The position numbers and the translations under genes were made by a program. A DNA stretch of 64,000 bases, taken from Amphiscolops sp. MND2022 (Eukaryota). Shown one piece after another: positions 25,761-37,928 of this stretch. The notes under the pieces were generated by a model, which was given only the letters and a program-made list of their open reading frames with translations, was not told where the DNA came from and made no database searches. Position 1 is the stretch's first letter; each line of letters begins with the position of its first letter. Location of the stretch: assembly GCA_964187785.1 (NCBI GenBank), contig OZ076409.1, forward strand, positions 82,400,001-82,464,000, read 5' to 3'.

Positions 25761-26092
25761 AACAACAATTTTGATTGAAGGCTTGGTGTCGATCCAAACT
25801 TTGTATGTCAAACTGTAAATCGCTCAGCAACCAACTTGTTTGTACTACTGCGAAATGCAAAATGAACTGAAAATGACTAGAGAAGAAGTTAGTAGTCATT
25901 CTACCATGTATGGCAATCTTTATTTGACAAAGTCTTTCCAAAAAGGCGAAGCGTCAATCTACCTTATTTGGAAGCGTCAATGTACCAAATACGGAAACTG
26001 TAATCACGCGCTAGCACAGATTTTACACGAGATGAAAAAATTAAAACGAAAGAGTTGTAACACATGTTTGTTTTTGAAAAGACCGGTTTTTA

Positions 26093-27085
26093 CCCATTTT
26101 ACTCCGTAAGAACAACAAATTTTGCACATACGATACATTTTAAAAAAGACAAGTTTTGATGCAAAATTTTTTACGACTTGTCAGATTGTAAAGTGAAACT
26201 TTTACAACGTGTAAGATATAAAAGTAAATTTTTTACGTCATGTCAAGTTCAAAAGCAAATAGTATAAATACAGTCAGATATAAAAACAAATACATTTATG
26301 TGCAATCAATTTTCATGCATAAAATTTCTGCGCAAGACCTCAAAGGGAAAGTAAAAAAGTCGGACTAGTGTGTAAAAGCAATCTTATTGTGTTTCAATGA
26401 GAGTATTGCTTCCCTGGTGATGTTCAATATTGTTATTAGTGATTAATATCTTTTGGAAGAACTTTAATCACCAATTACAAAAAAGAACAGACCAAAGAGA
26501 ACGACGACTGTAGCGAGTGCTTGTAGGAAGAACAAGACTAAGTGAATAGTGCCCACTGTAACATAGAGTATAACATGGCAGTCGAAACAAATGCCCATCT
26601 TTGGCAAAGCTTAGGTTGCACACTTTTGCAAGTATTTTTTTCGCTGTGTCAGATTTTTATGGAAAATATTTACAGCGTGTAATATTTTTCTGCATAATTT
26701 TTACAGCGCGTGTCAGATATTTAACGAAATGAAAATATTAAAAAGACAGATTTGAAAGATGTTTTTTTTTAGAAAAGAAAGGGTTTCGCCCATTTTACTC
26801 CGTAAAATCGACAAATTTTGCACTCGCGAAACTTCATTAAAGAGACAGGTTTTGAAGCAAAAGTTTTCACGTCTTGCCAGATTGTAAAGTGAAAATTTTA
26901 CGCCATTTCAGATTTAAAAGCAAATAGTATAAATACAGTCATATACAAAAACAAATACTTTTTTGTGCAATCAATTTTCATGCATAAAATTTCTGCGCAA
27001 GACCTCGAGGGGAATGTAAAAAGACTAGTGTGTAACAGCAATTTTAATGTGTTTCAATGAAAGTATTGCATCCCTGGTGATGTTC
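26093..27085. repeat. ~300-bp direct repeat pair in the palindrome spacer (26093-26425, 26789-27085)
   Basis: CCCATTTTACTCCGTAA...CCCTGGTGATGTTC occurs twice, diverged. Confidence 0.85.
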
Positions 27086-27626
27086 GGAGTTTGCGACCAG
27101 CAACACGTTGATGGTTACCTAATATGGGTAAACATGAACTGTAATACATGAGAAGGTACGAAAAGTGAAAAAACAACGAACCTCTGATGAAATTCAGTCG
27201 CTCTACGTGAGCGGTTTTACCATATAACGTAACGGCTTTTAAAGTTATCACGATATAGTTGTACGTATTTGGTCTCCCGAGAGAGAGATCTCTCAACAAT
27301 ATGAGAAATTTTCTACGAGTACTTGACAAAACAATTGTGCTAGCGCGTCATTACAGTTTCCTTATATGGTAGACTGACGCTTCCATATATGGTAGATTGA
27401 CGCTTCTCCTTTTAGGGAAGACTTCGTCGTATTAAAAAATTGCCTTAAACGGTAGAATGACTACTAACTTCTTCTCTAGACATTTTCAATTCGTTTAAAG
27501 TTTCACAGTCGTACAAACAAGTTGCTTGCTCAGCGATTTACATTTTGACTTACAAAGTTTGGATCGACACCAAGTCTGACCCCGATTGTTGGCTCCAATC
27601 ATAGTTATCTCTGTAAAATTGCAACA

Positions 27627-28074
27627 ATGTCTGTGATCGTGCTGGATGTTGAGCTTGCAGACAACAATGTTGTTGAAGAATTGGGGGTTTTCATTGACGG
27701 ACAAGTGTTTGGATATTCCTTAAAACCACCATCAATATTTCAACCAAAATTCCAAACACTTTGTTGCAGAAATAAAATAGACAAAATTGACTGGAGAAGC
27801 GGTGCTCTGGACTATAATGACGTTACAAAGATTTTGACTAGTCCCCAGCAGTACAGAGCCAAATTCGTGGCCAACGGATTGAAAATGCACAATGTTGAGC
27901 GCGTTATTGGGCAAGCAGGTCGAAAACATGAAAGAATATGGATGACCAAAGATTCAAGAACTCAATTGTGACTGGTTGTGTTCCAGCTATCCCTACAGAC
28001 ATCGAACATCTTTTCACTGCAATAAAAAGGCAAAACTTTTTGGTACATGGACTGTGCAACTGTTTATTCCGTGA
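27627..28074 (+). pseudogene. Small DEDD/DnaQ-like exonuclease-type ORF, frameshifted (right arm)
   Basis: N-terminal VIVLDVE...VVEELGV (DxE strand motif), FVANGL and C-terminal CSSYPYRH...HC. Confidence 0.5.
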
Positions 28075-29136
28075 TTTGTTGTCTGTTGTTTTTTTAAGAA
28101 AAACAAAATATTTCAACCTAAACACAATTTTTAGCTAATCCAGTGAATGAGTGGTTTGTGAGCAAGATCTGTCTATTTCTGCATAGTCAATGATTGATCA
28201 AGTAAAATGAGTTTGATACAAAAATCAAGAATGATACACTACATGGGAAAAGCTCATTTGTATTGAACGTTAGTTGTACAATTTGTTGGTGTATATATAC
28301 AATATTCTCTTGCTTGTGTAACGTAAAAATGCTCCATTTTGTTAGCCAATTGAATAATGTAAAACTTTTAGGCAATTTAATGCATTAATACAAAGCCAAG
28401 TAGAATTAGTATCTTATTGACTCTTGATTGACTCAACCCACAATGGGTAAGTGTGAGAAATCTTGTGAAAAGGCGTTTCTTTCAACAGTATCATTACTAC
28501 TCGTGCTACTACCAATATATAATGATATTGTATCGTTAGGGGTAACATTTGAACATTTCCATTTTTGGAATTTCTGAGAAAATCCTTTGCTGGAATTTGA
28601 TGCTTGAAGAGAAAAGACAAAAGTGTAATCAACTGTCAGTTACGCACGCTATCTATCTTTAAAAAAGGAATTTTATTGTTTTGGATTGCGATTTTTGCAG
28701 TCAATGCTGCGTCTTAAAAAGGGATATTATTCACCAAGAGTAGCTTTCCCAGACAATGCGACGTCTTTCCCAGGGGATTTATTCAGCTTGAGTTATTTTA
28801 TCAGACAGCGCAACGTCCTACTGAGGGGATTTGTTCCACTTGAGTGATCTTCCTGGACAATGCGTCGTTACATAAGAGGAACGTGTTCTAATTGAGCAAT
28901 CAACTTTCACAGAGAAGAAAAAAGATTGACAGGTACTTTAGAGGGAACGCAGACGTTATTGCGTAGTTAATTCTTTCCTTTTAAAGTAGGTTAAGACTTC
29001 CTTTTATGGTTCAGTGACTCATACTTTCCATAAAAGGCAGATTGAAGAATTAAACTGAATAGCCATTTTTTCATTATTCTGTTTACTGTTTTACTGAAAA
29101 TTTCTGTCCGTAGAGATACAGTTTTGTTGCGTTACC

Positions 29137-31253
29137 TTGTTACAATGCGTGTTCTTGGTGGAAATGAACGAGTTTTGTTTGAAAAAAGTGGCACACAAAC
29201 AGAAAGGAAGCATTCTGTACAACAAAAAAAGATGTTTTGTTCGAAATATTTACTGTCACAATTGCTTAAATTTCTCGACAACAATCCAAGTTGAATTGAT
29301 TTACAGTATTGTGAAGCAGCAAAATGTGAAATTTAACGTCACATCGAATTGTAAAGTGTGTCACACGAAAATTCTGGGGTTTTTTCCACCGGGAGAAACT
29401 GAAAGCAGGGAGCATTCAACAAAACAGTTAGGAACTCGCTTACACTGTCCACGTGTAGGTCCAATTCTCAACGATCCAATCAGCGCGAATGTTGAAAAAG
29501 AGAAATGTGCGTATCAGCAATTTTTGGTTGATTGGGAATTGGAGCAAGGAGATCACGTTACATTCAACTTCGCATTGGAAACTTTCAGTATTAAAAAACT
29601 CAATTCCAAGCTGGATGACGTATTTTGCCACTTGAAATACGCAGCTAAAGTCATTGTAGCTTTCGGTTTTGTAATCAAAAATATTGAGGACTCACGTTGT
29701 CGATTTGTTTATCCTCAAGGAAAAATTTCACTGCTGGAGAAAAACTAACTGTTGATCACAGGGGACGACTTGAAACACTTTAAAACAATTATTGCTGCAA
29801 AAAATGTTATAGCAGCTTGTACTTGCAGAATGGTTGACTTAAAATGACAGTTTTTGAAGTTGAAGAATGTTACAGTCTTTGCAGATTTACTAAACAAACC
29901 TCCAGTGGGTTGTGGAAATGCAGTTTTACTGGACCATCTTTTGAAGGAACGATTTATTAACTGTCTCACTTGTAACCAAAACACTTGTGTGAATTTACCT
30001 TTTTTCAAATCCTTGGCGACTTTGGAGAAGGTCAGAAGAGAGAACATGTAAATTGTTCCAGCTCTTCATGAACGAGATAGGGAAAACTGAGTCTGCAACC
30101 TTTCCAGGTGTTTGCCTGAATGATATACAGACAGCGGAAGAAATTCTTGAGATAAACAATATTTTGTACGATGTTGACATTGTGCACGGATCCTTTGTGG
30201 GTGAGCTTGTCAGATGGAGTCTGCAGAAGCATTCCAATACTGTTAGGTTGCTACGCTACAACAGTCAGCTTTACTATGTAACAAACATTCAAGCGATCTT
30301 CAACCCATTCCGTTGCCCGACTTGTGAGTGTTTTTTTGTCAACCAATCAATCTTGAACGACATTCAGCAACTTGCCTTAGGAGAGCAATCAATGTTTCTT
30401 CCAAGAGTGGAGAATGGTTGAATGCGACCCCTTTTGAGAAGTTTGACTTTTTCAATATACCATACCCAGACAAGAAGAAACTCTTAGCAAAAGCGGCCAT
30501 TTTTCACTCGGAGACAATGTGCGTACTGGAAGAAGAAGACATCACAGGCACAGAGACGACAACATGGATTGAAAAACACATTCCAACAGCAGTATCAATT
30601 TCAAGCAACTTACGTCCAGATCCTGATGTTTTTCGCAGTTCTAATCCACGTGAATTGATATCGTCGTTTGTCGATGCACTGGAGAATTTAGCCACTGAGT
30701 TTAAAACTCAAATGCGAGCGCAATTTTTTGAAGCAGAAAATTTGATCAATAGTAAACTGTCACGCGTAATGGAGTCTTTGAATGATCTCCAATCGAATCA
30801 AGAAGCTACTCTTCACTTTGGAGATGAGTGTTGAAGATGATTCAAAGGAGGGGATGCCGCAATCAACACAAGTCCTACAAATGCAAAAGAAGCAATCGAT
30901 TGAGCTGAAGGGAGCCTTGGAAAGACATTGCAATCTTTTGTCCGTGTTTGAAGTCAAAAATTACAATCATGGGGTGTACTTTGTGAATTTGTATCTTTTA
31001 CCCATACTTGTCAAGAAATGTAGTATCAAGTCAACAGTCATCAAGAACGTAAAGCCGTTTGTATCAATCAAATTTGATGACATTGAACTGTTTACCCTTT
31101 CTAAAGGATAACTTTGTATCCTTTTACGTGGCTGTGAAGTGTTGTTTATCTGAATCACTTTTTAAATTTTATTACAAATTTAATAAAATGCTCGATTTTG
31201 ATCCGTTTTTGATTACTTTTTATAGAGCTCAATTGCAAACATTCTTTGCGTAA
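29137..31253 (+). pseudogene. Degenerate N-terminal/exonuclease part of a protein-primed family B DNA polymerase (right arm)
   Basis: FRCPTCECFF; AIFHSETMCV (ExoI-like); ERHCNLLSVFEVKNYNHGVYFV...KFDDIELF (resembles the ExoII region). Multiple stops and shifts; no palm-domain motifs seen. Assignment is from recalled family motifs. Confidence 0.65.
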
Positions 31254-32773
31254 AGTTTCGTTTTCTAATTTAGAAGGATGTTTGCAAGCTTATCCATTTT
31301 TCTAGTTGAAGCCTATTTTGGTAAATGTATATTGTGAGCTGTTTTCGATAGTTGAATCACAACCTTAAATTATTAACTTTCACAGAGATATAAATTGATT
31401 GACATATCCTTTAGAGGCAACGCTGACTCTAGTATGTAATTACTTTTTGCTTTCAAGTTTACGCATCCTTTTATGGTAAAATGACTCATAGCTTCCATGA
31501 TCCATGAAAGGTAGATTGAAAATGTTGACTCAACGTTCCGCCATTTTTTCGTTATTCTGTTGACAGGTTAACAATCGAGTTGCTTTCGTATTCATACAGA
31601 TTTGTTGCGATATGTGTCAGTTTCCATTTTTTGATATTTATTATTTAATACATTGTGCGACCTATGCTTTCAACAAATTCAATTGCATAATTTGTATTGA
31701 GTCCACAAGAATTGAGTTTTGTATCCATGAAATTAACTGTGTACACTTTACTTCAGTGGTTATGGTTGAAAGCGTCCTTATTCGTTGTACAAACGAAAAT
31801 ATCACCCAAAAGGAGGGGATGCCGCAATCAACACAATTCCTACAAATGCAAAAGAAGCAATCGATTGAGCTGAAGGGAGCCTTGGAAAGACATTGCAATC
31901 TTTTGTCCGTGTTTGAAGTCAAAAATTACAATCATGGTGTGTACTTTGTGAATATGTATCTTTTACCCATAATTGTCAAGAAATGTAGTATCAAGTCAAC
32001 AGTGATCAAGAACGTAAAGCCGTTTGTATCAATCAAATTTGATGACATTGAACTGTTTACCCTTTCTAAAGGATAAATTTGTATCCTTTTACGTGGCTGT
32101 GAAGTGTTGTTTATCTGAATCACGTTTTAAATTTTATTACAAATTTAATAAAATGCTCGATTTTGATCCGTTTTTGATTAATTTTTATAGAGCTCAATTG
32201 CAAACATTCTTTGCGAAAAGTTTCGTTTTCTAATTTAGAAGGATGTTTGCAAGCTTATCCATTTTTCTAGTTGAAGCCTATTTTGTTAAATGTATATTGT
32301 GAGCTGTTTTCGATAGTTGAATCACAACCTTAAAATATTAACTTTCACAGAGATATAAATTGATTGACATATCCTTTAGAGGCAACGCTGACTCTAGTAC
32401 GTAATTACTTTTTGCTTTCAAGTTTACGCATCCTTTTATGGTAAAGTGACTCATAGCTTCCATGATCCATGAAAGGTAGATTGAAAATGTTGACCTAACG
32501 TTCCGCCATTTTTTCGTTATTCTGTTGACAGGTTAACAATCGAGTTGCTTTCGTATTCATACAGATTTGTTGCGATATGTGTCAGTTTCCATTTTTTGAT
32601 ATTTATTATTTAATACATTGTGCGACCTATGCTTTCAACAAATTCAATTGCATAATTTGTATTGAGTCCACAAGAATTGAGTTTTATATCCATGAAATTA
32701 ACTGTGTACACTTTACTTCAGTGGTTATGGTTGAAAGCGTCCTTATTCGTTGTACAAACGAAAATATCACCCA
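30844..32773. repeat. 965-bp tandem duplication in the right arm
   Basis: 30844-31808 is repeated at 31809-32773; the left arm has one copy. Confidence 0.92.
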
Positions 32774-33125
32774 ATTGCAGCATCAGCTGAAGGAAATTGG
32801 AAATCCAGATTCAACTACTGTGTTCAAACAACATGTATTCACTTTATGCCTGACAATCGTTCCAGGAGGGAGACTTGAACGTGTCAAGACCAAATTACGA
32901 CTACCACAATATTCCACACTTCACAAAAATTGCAAGTTGTACCGCTTGGCCCTTATTATCCGTAAAGCTACCAGACTAGTTGCTCACAATCATGAGGTTT
33001 TCACCCCAGGAGACAAAGAAGATACACGAATTGTTTATCACAACCCCAGTCTCTTCCGGACCTTGTTACTTGCACTGCAATGTCGTATTTGTCATCGCAA
33101 AGCATACAATTTACTAGTTAGTTAG
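32577..33125 (+). CDS. Hypothetical 182-aa protein of the Polinton-like element (disrupted inverted copy ~21231-21780)
   Basis: Open ATG-initiated ORF, downstream of the same upstream cassette as the pPolB-like gene; no recognised domain. Confidence 0.45.
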   Translation: MCQFPFFDIYYLIHCATYAFNKFNCIICIESTRIEFYIHEINCVHFTSVVMVESVLIRCTNENITQLQHQLKEIGNPDSTTVFKQHVFTLCLTIVPGGRLERVKTKLRLPQYSTLHKNCKLYRLALIIRKATRLVAHNHEVFTPGDKEDTRIVYHNPSLFRTLLLALQCRICHRKAYNLLVS

Positions 33126-34925
33126 ACTCGAATGAAGAAACTGGTTGTTGTCAGTTACTCTTTAATTCTCAGTTGACGCATTCTGAAAACACTTCTCTTG
33201 GAGCTTGGGTTTTGTAAGTTACTACTAAAAAACGACCTGTTCAATAATTTCCAATTGAATTCTTTGTACGGCTTTTTGGAGTCGGTGACTGTTGCGAAGA
33301 GAAAAATGGATGCGATTACAGACTAGAGTGTTGTAGCTGAGACAACAATCTTCCCTGCCAACAGATCGAACTCAAAAATTTATGGATGGAGGCAGCCAAA
33401 TGATTGAAAGTTGTCAATGTGCGACTTTACAAGAGTTACCACTGCGAACACATGCTTGTTTCCTCCTGCAGTATTATGAATTGAGAACTGTTACTACAGT
33501 TCCTTCATTTATTGTTTGTATGTTGAAACGAGCACCAACTCACTATATATTGCCTAAACCGAGGGAGAATTGTGTGATTGTACAAGATCTCAAATGAGAG
33601 AAGAGTGATTAACCATGTGAATATCTCATTGTAAGGACGAGTTTATGACAAATGCCTACTGTCTAATTTTTCCGTACTTGTTGAACGAAATCAAAAGCAT
33701 AACAAGCTCGAACCTAGTCTTTGCAAGGCAGAATTCCGTTGCACGGAATTGCTGTGTGGGTGCTGCAAGACGTGCTTTTACGGTTCTTCTTCACTCATTT
33801 AAATTTTTACCGCAACTGATTGAACAAGAGAACAAAAGAAAGCAGCAGTGATTGCCCATTTCTCAAATCTGGAAAAATTTTGCAAGAGAAAGTGACGTGG
33901 CGTCAGTGCTTTGTTCTGTTCCTGGCAAAATAGATAAGTACGAACTGACAAAATGCCTTTTAATACATTTACCCGAAACGTATTGTTCAGAAAAATGAAC
34001 TCACTCTCGCCTGATCAACATTCAACATTTCTGTACATTTTATAGCAGTGGAATTGATTCATTTATCCAGTATAATTGCAATTTTTTTCAATTGAAGATT
34101 TTTTATCAACACAGAGCAGTCAAGTAGCAAGCTCAACAAATTCTGTTGATAAAATTTCCCACAGGCGGAAAAACCTTCCATACCATGATCATAATTTGCG
34201 AATGTGGGTGAAAACATTCCCCTGGGTCCTGGTGCTCACAGAAACGCATTTTACCCAAAGTCTCACAGTGCCGAAAAAGGACCCACTATGCCCAAAAACC
34301 CTATTCCCAATCTTAATACTTTGCTGACGGTATTAGCTGATGATATTTCATGACACTTTTTCCTATCTGTATACTTTGACGAAGCTATAGCATATCTTGA
34401 TTTATCAGCAGACACTCGTTTCCATACCTTTATACATTGAGACGAGGCGTCTGCCAATCAGAATCCAGCACGAAAAACCAGTCGGAATTGCGGATAAATT
34501 ATTCCGGTGGCGGATAGTATACTCCGCAGGCGGATAAAATATTGCGGGGCGGGTAAAGTCATTCCCGCGGGCGGCGGCGGGCACCCAAAAATGTAATTTT
34601 GCCCAAAGTCTCTTAGTGCCGAAAATGTTCCACAGTGCTGAAAAACCCTATCACCAATCTTAATAAATTCGCGAAGCTATTGCCTACATCTTTATACATT
34701 GAGCACATCTTTATACATTGGAAACAACTCGGCTCCATGCAGTAAACCAATCAAAGTCAAGCACACCCGAGTTAATCAGCGCGACTCGAGTCGTCAGCCA
34801 ATCAGAATCGAACACAAGACGAGTCGTCAAACAGAGACGACCCCAAGCAAATCCAGTGGTGGAAGACCCTTCTCGGCTCTCGGCTCGAGCCGAGACGCTA
34901 TAGCCTATGTTAAAACATAGAGTGC

Positions 34926-35401
34926 CTCCCCCCACGTGATCTGCTCACAATCTTACTACTCATGGGTCATGTTATGAACGACAAATTAGCGTCATCTTTG
35001 TCGTGCGATTTGAGAAGCTGTGATTTTATCCGAAGAGTAGTTGCGAAATCAGAATGTGAAAACAAAGTGATCGTATCAGTAACACAGCGGGGAAAAATTT
35101 TGAATTTACTTTTTCCAATCGACATCGAAATGGGGTTCTACAAGGTTTTTCTTTGAACACTCGGTTGTTTCTCGGTTCAACAAACTGTTTGTTTTGCCGG
35201 CCTGCAGAATGGAAAACGATCCACGAGTCTGAACCAGGAACGAACTGACTGACTGTATAAAAATGCTAATACATGATACCTGAAAAACTACTTACTAGAA
35301 GACATTGAGTAGGGATCAAAAAAAAGTTTTTTCGTGTGTCTTCGGTTTCATTTTATCCTGCACGCGATAAGTGCTTCACAATCACAAGATCAAGTGAGCG
35401 A
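34926..35401. repeat. ~475-bp tandem duplication; second copy (35403-35424 plus 51585-52037) split by element B
   Basis: CCCCACGTGATCTGCTCAC|AATCTTACTACTCATGGG...CAAGTGAGCGA is present intact and again on the two sides of element B. Confidence 0.92.
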
Positions 35402-35424
35402 TCTCCCCCACGTGATCTGCTCAC

Positions 35425-36948
35425 TGTGATAATCCTCTTCTATATCGGACTCTTCATCTGAATGTATAGTTACGTCTATATCAGACTCGCTCCGAAACAA
35501 AAGTTTCGCAGGATGTTTTAACCTCGTCATTTTGGACGCTCTAATAGGATTATCCTCATCTTCAGGTTCAGAATTTTCTATGTTGGATGCATGAACTCCT
35601 ATAGGTTCTTTACTCCTGGATCCTGACGGTCGCATATCCTCTGTTTCGTTAACTTATGACCTGGGGTTTGTTACTGTAGATTGGCTCCTGTTTGACTTTA
35701 TCTCTTTCAGAATAGTATCTAGTTTATTCTCCATTTCTTCTCTCATTTTTTCTATCCTATCATTGTTTTTCCGTTCGAAAATCTCAGTCCAAGCTTGTAT
35801 TTCAGAACTAGTTTGGCTTGGTTCAACAAGTTGATTTCCCAGGTTAAGCCCACCTAAATTCTCATCAACATTTGAGTTAGAATTAGTTAAAGTCATATTA
35901 CCTGTCTCTGGAGAATCAACTCGAGTCCTATTCCCTTCTCTTTCAAGAGACGGGGTTTCTAGTCTTCTCGATCTTCTATTTCTCTTGTTTCCCATCTTTG
36001 CTCAATCAAAACGATCAGGTTTATTGGGGAAGAATTTGAATTAGAATCCAAATTGAAAAGCAATCCAAAGTCAGAAAAACAAATCAGGAAGTGTTTTAAA
36101 GGGTTCAGTGAATTGGGTCAACTGCACTTTGAGAAGGTTATTTTTCACCTGAGTCTCTATTACAAACCTTTTCTTCAATCAAAAAATAAAAGGATGACAA
36201 GCACTTTTTCTAAACATCATTGCGTCCTGGAATCATAAAAATAGAATGACATCAACATTACTTCATCCTATATATAGCTTTCCAATAGTCACGGAATTAT
36301 GACTACAAAGCTTAAAGACCCTAGGAAAATGCTGCAAAATGATACATTAGGTGCTACAAACACTGTTCAAATGATGCATAGATACATGACATTCAAAAGT
36401 TCCCATTTTGGTTGAAAACCGTATAATGCCGCATATACACATCACCTAATGCCGTATGTTAACGTATAACTAAGCCTATTCAAAATGCATGATGATGGAT
36501 AGTGATAATAGTAATAAGCGTATGTTACCGCATGAACGACAAATCTAAAACCGCATGTTGCCGTATATGCTGAATACCTTTTTGCGCATAATGCCGCATG
36601 ATGTACATTGTAGAAATGCTTCTTACCGCTTATCAGATGTTCAAAATACCGTATCATGATGTATGATAATTTGGATGATGGTAGACTTAATCAATCTTAT
36701 GCAACAATTCAGCACGTGCCTTATTATTTGATGGGTTTAATGCAATCAAAGAAGCACCTTAAGGACTACAATCGAACCCTTAAATAAATTTAAGAGACAA
36801 GGCAAACAAATATCTTACATGACTTCATCAAAAGAGATTGTTTAGAAATGAGTCATTAAGAGTTTTGAAATGTTTGTATCAAGGGTCTCATCACTCGTTC
36901 CTCTTTACTGCTGCACCACGGAACCATCACATCTAGCTGGGTGTGACA
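35425..36948 (-). repeat. 3' LTR of element B (1524 bp)
   Basis: Near-identical to 50061-51579. Confidence 0.96.
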
Positions 36949-37928
36949 GTCCCGCGTTTTTGAAGAGGAACAGTGAGGCTTCAAAGCCATGAATAAAGGC
37001 TCTTGATCGAACTGCCCGTTCTTTGACTGTTTCATTCTCGTACTCAGTCGCAACCAGGTACTCACCAAGCGTCTCCAATGCTATCTGCTATCATTTTCCG
37101 CAAATGTCACAATACCCAGCAACGTTGGGCATGACTGTTGGCAAGAGCCTGATACTCTGTCTTTCTTGAGCAGGGATTAGGATAAGGTTCGTGCTATGGG
37201 TCGCACTAAATGGAAAACCTATCTGTGTCAGGGGCTGTACAGGAGCTAGAAAAGTATCTGCTGCTGTCCCCCTCAAAGGAACAGGGAAGAGCATCGGCGA
37301 CAAGTTGAATCCCTGGACAGCATTATGATTCCCACCATTTGGTTGCATATTGTTATCTTGCCTATTTCGTTCCATAGGTTCCCTAACATGGGTTTGCTGA
37401 AAAGCTGCAGACTCGGGACTATGGTTGGGTGGATAATTGGGTATCGGTCGTGGTAATATCCCTCTTGCTTCACGGTCCGCTCTCACATTTGGAGGGATGG
37501 CGGCAATCGGTCGACCGACCAAAGCTGTTTACGCTCGTATTCTGGGTGTTACTCACAGTCCAGGGGAACAGATTCTCCTCTTCAAACTCGCTGGCCACAA
37601 ACGATCCTGGTGAATCCATTTGAGCTTCTGGTGGGTCCGCTATGAGCTCAGCCAGGTCTTTTTCAAGTTCTGTCCCCGTGGTTGTCATCTCTTCTCCTTG
37701 ATCTGCTGTCATTGTCGCGTCAGGGTATAATGAAGCTAATGTTGAGCCCAAGAAAGCTGACATCAAATTGCTTCCGACCGGGTTCATTCGAAACCTCTCT
37801 TCGAGCTGGCCGACATCCCCAGGAGCGACGGGAAAGGCATTGTCCGAATCGCTGGATATGTCAATAACATCTGGCGATATTGGTGAGTACAAAGAATCTT
37901 CATCAAAATTGAATTGTAGACTGTTCAT
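36906..37928 (-). pseudogene. Sense accessory ORF3 of element B (VIDISSDSD; CDIC-containing C-terminal part), disrupted
   Basis: ORFs 37470-37928 and 37091-37522. The frame resumes after two stops (QIALETLGEYL...KNAGLSHPARCDGSVVQQ*) and ends inside the 3' LTR. Confidence 0.6.

Larger units (their letters stand above)
19413..34960. mobile_element. Palindromic non-autonomous Polinton/Maverick-like element
   Basis: Termini AGTAGTAAGA...TCTTACTACT; flanks CATGGT (19407-19412) and CATGGG (34961-34966), a 5/6 match of a 6-bp TSD; inverted arms ~19413-26024 and ~27328-34960; degenerate pPolB-like N-terminal region. Confidence 0.8.
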
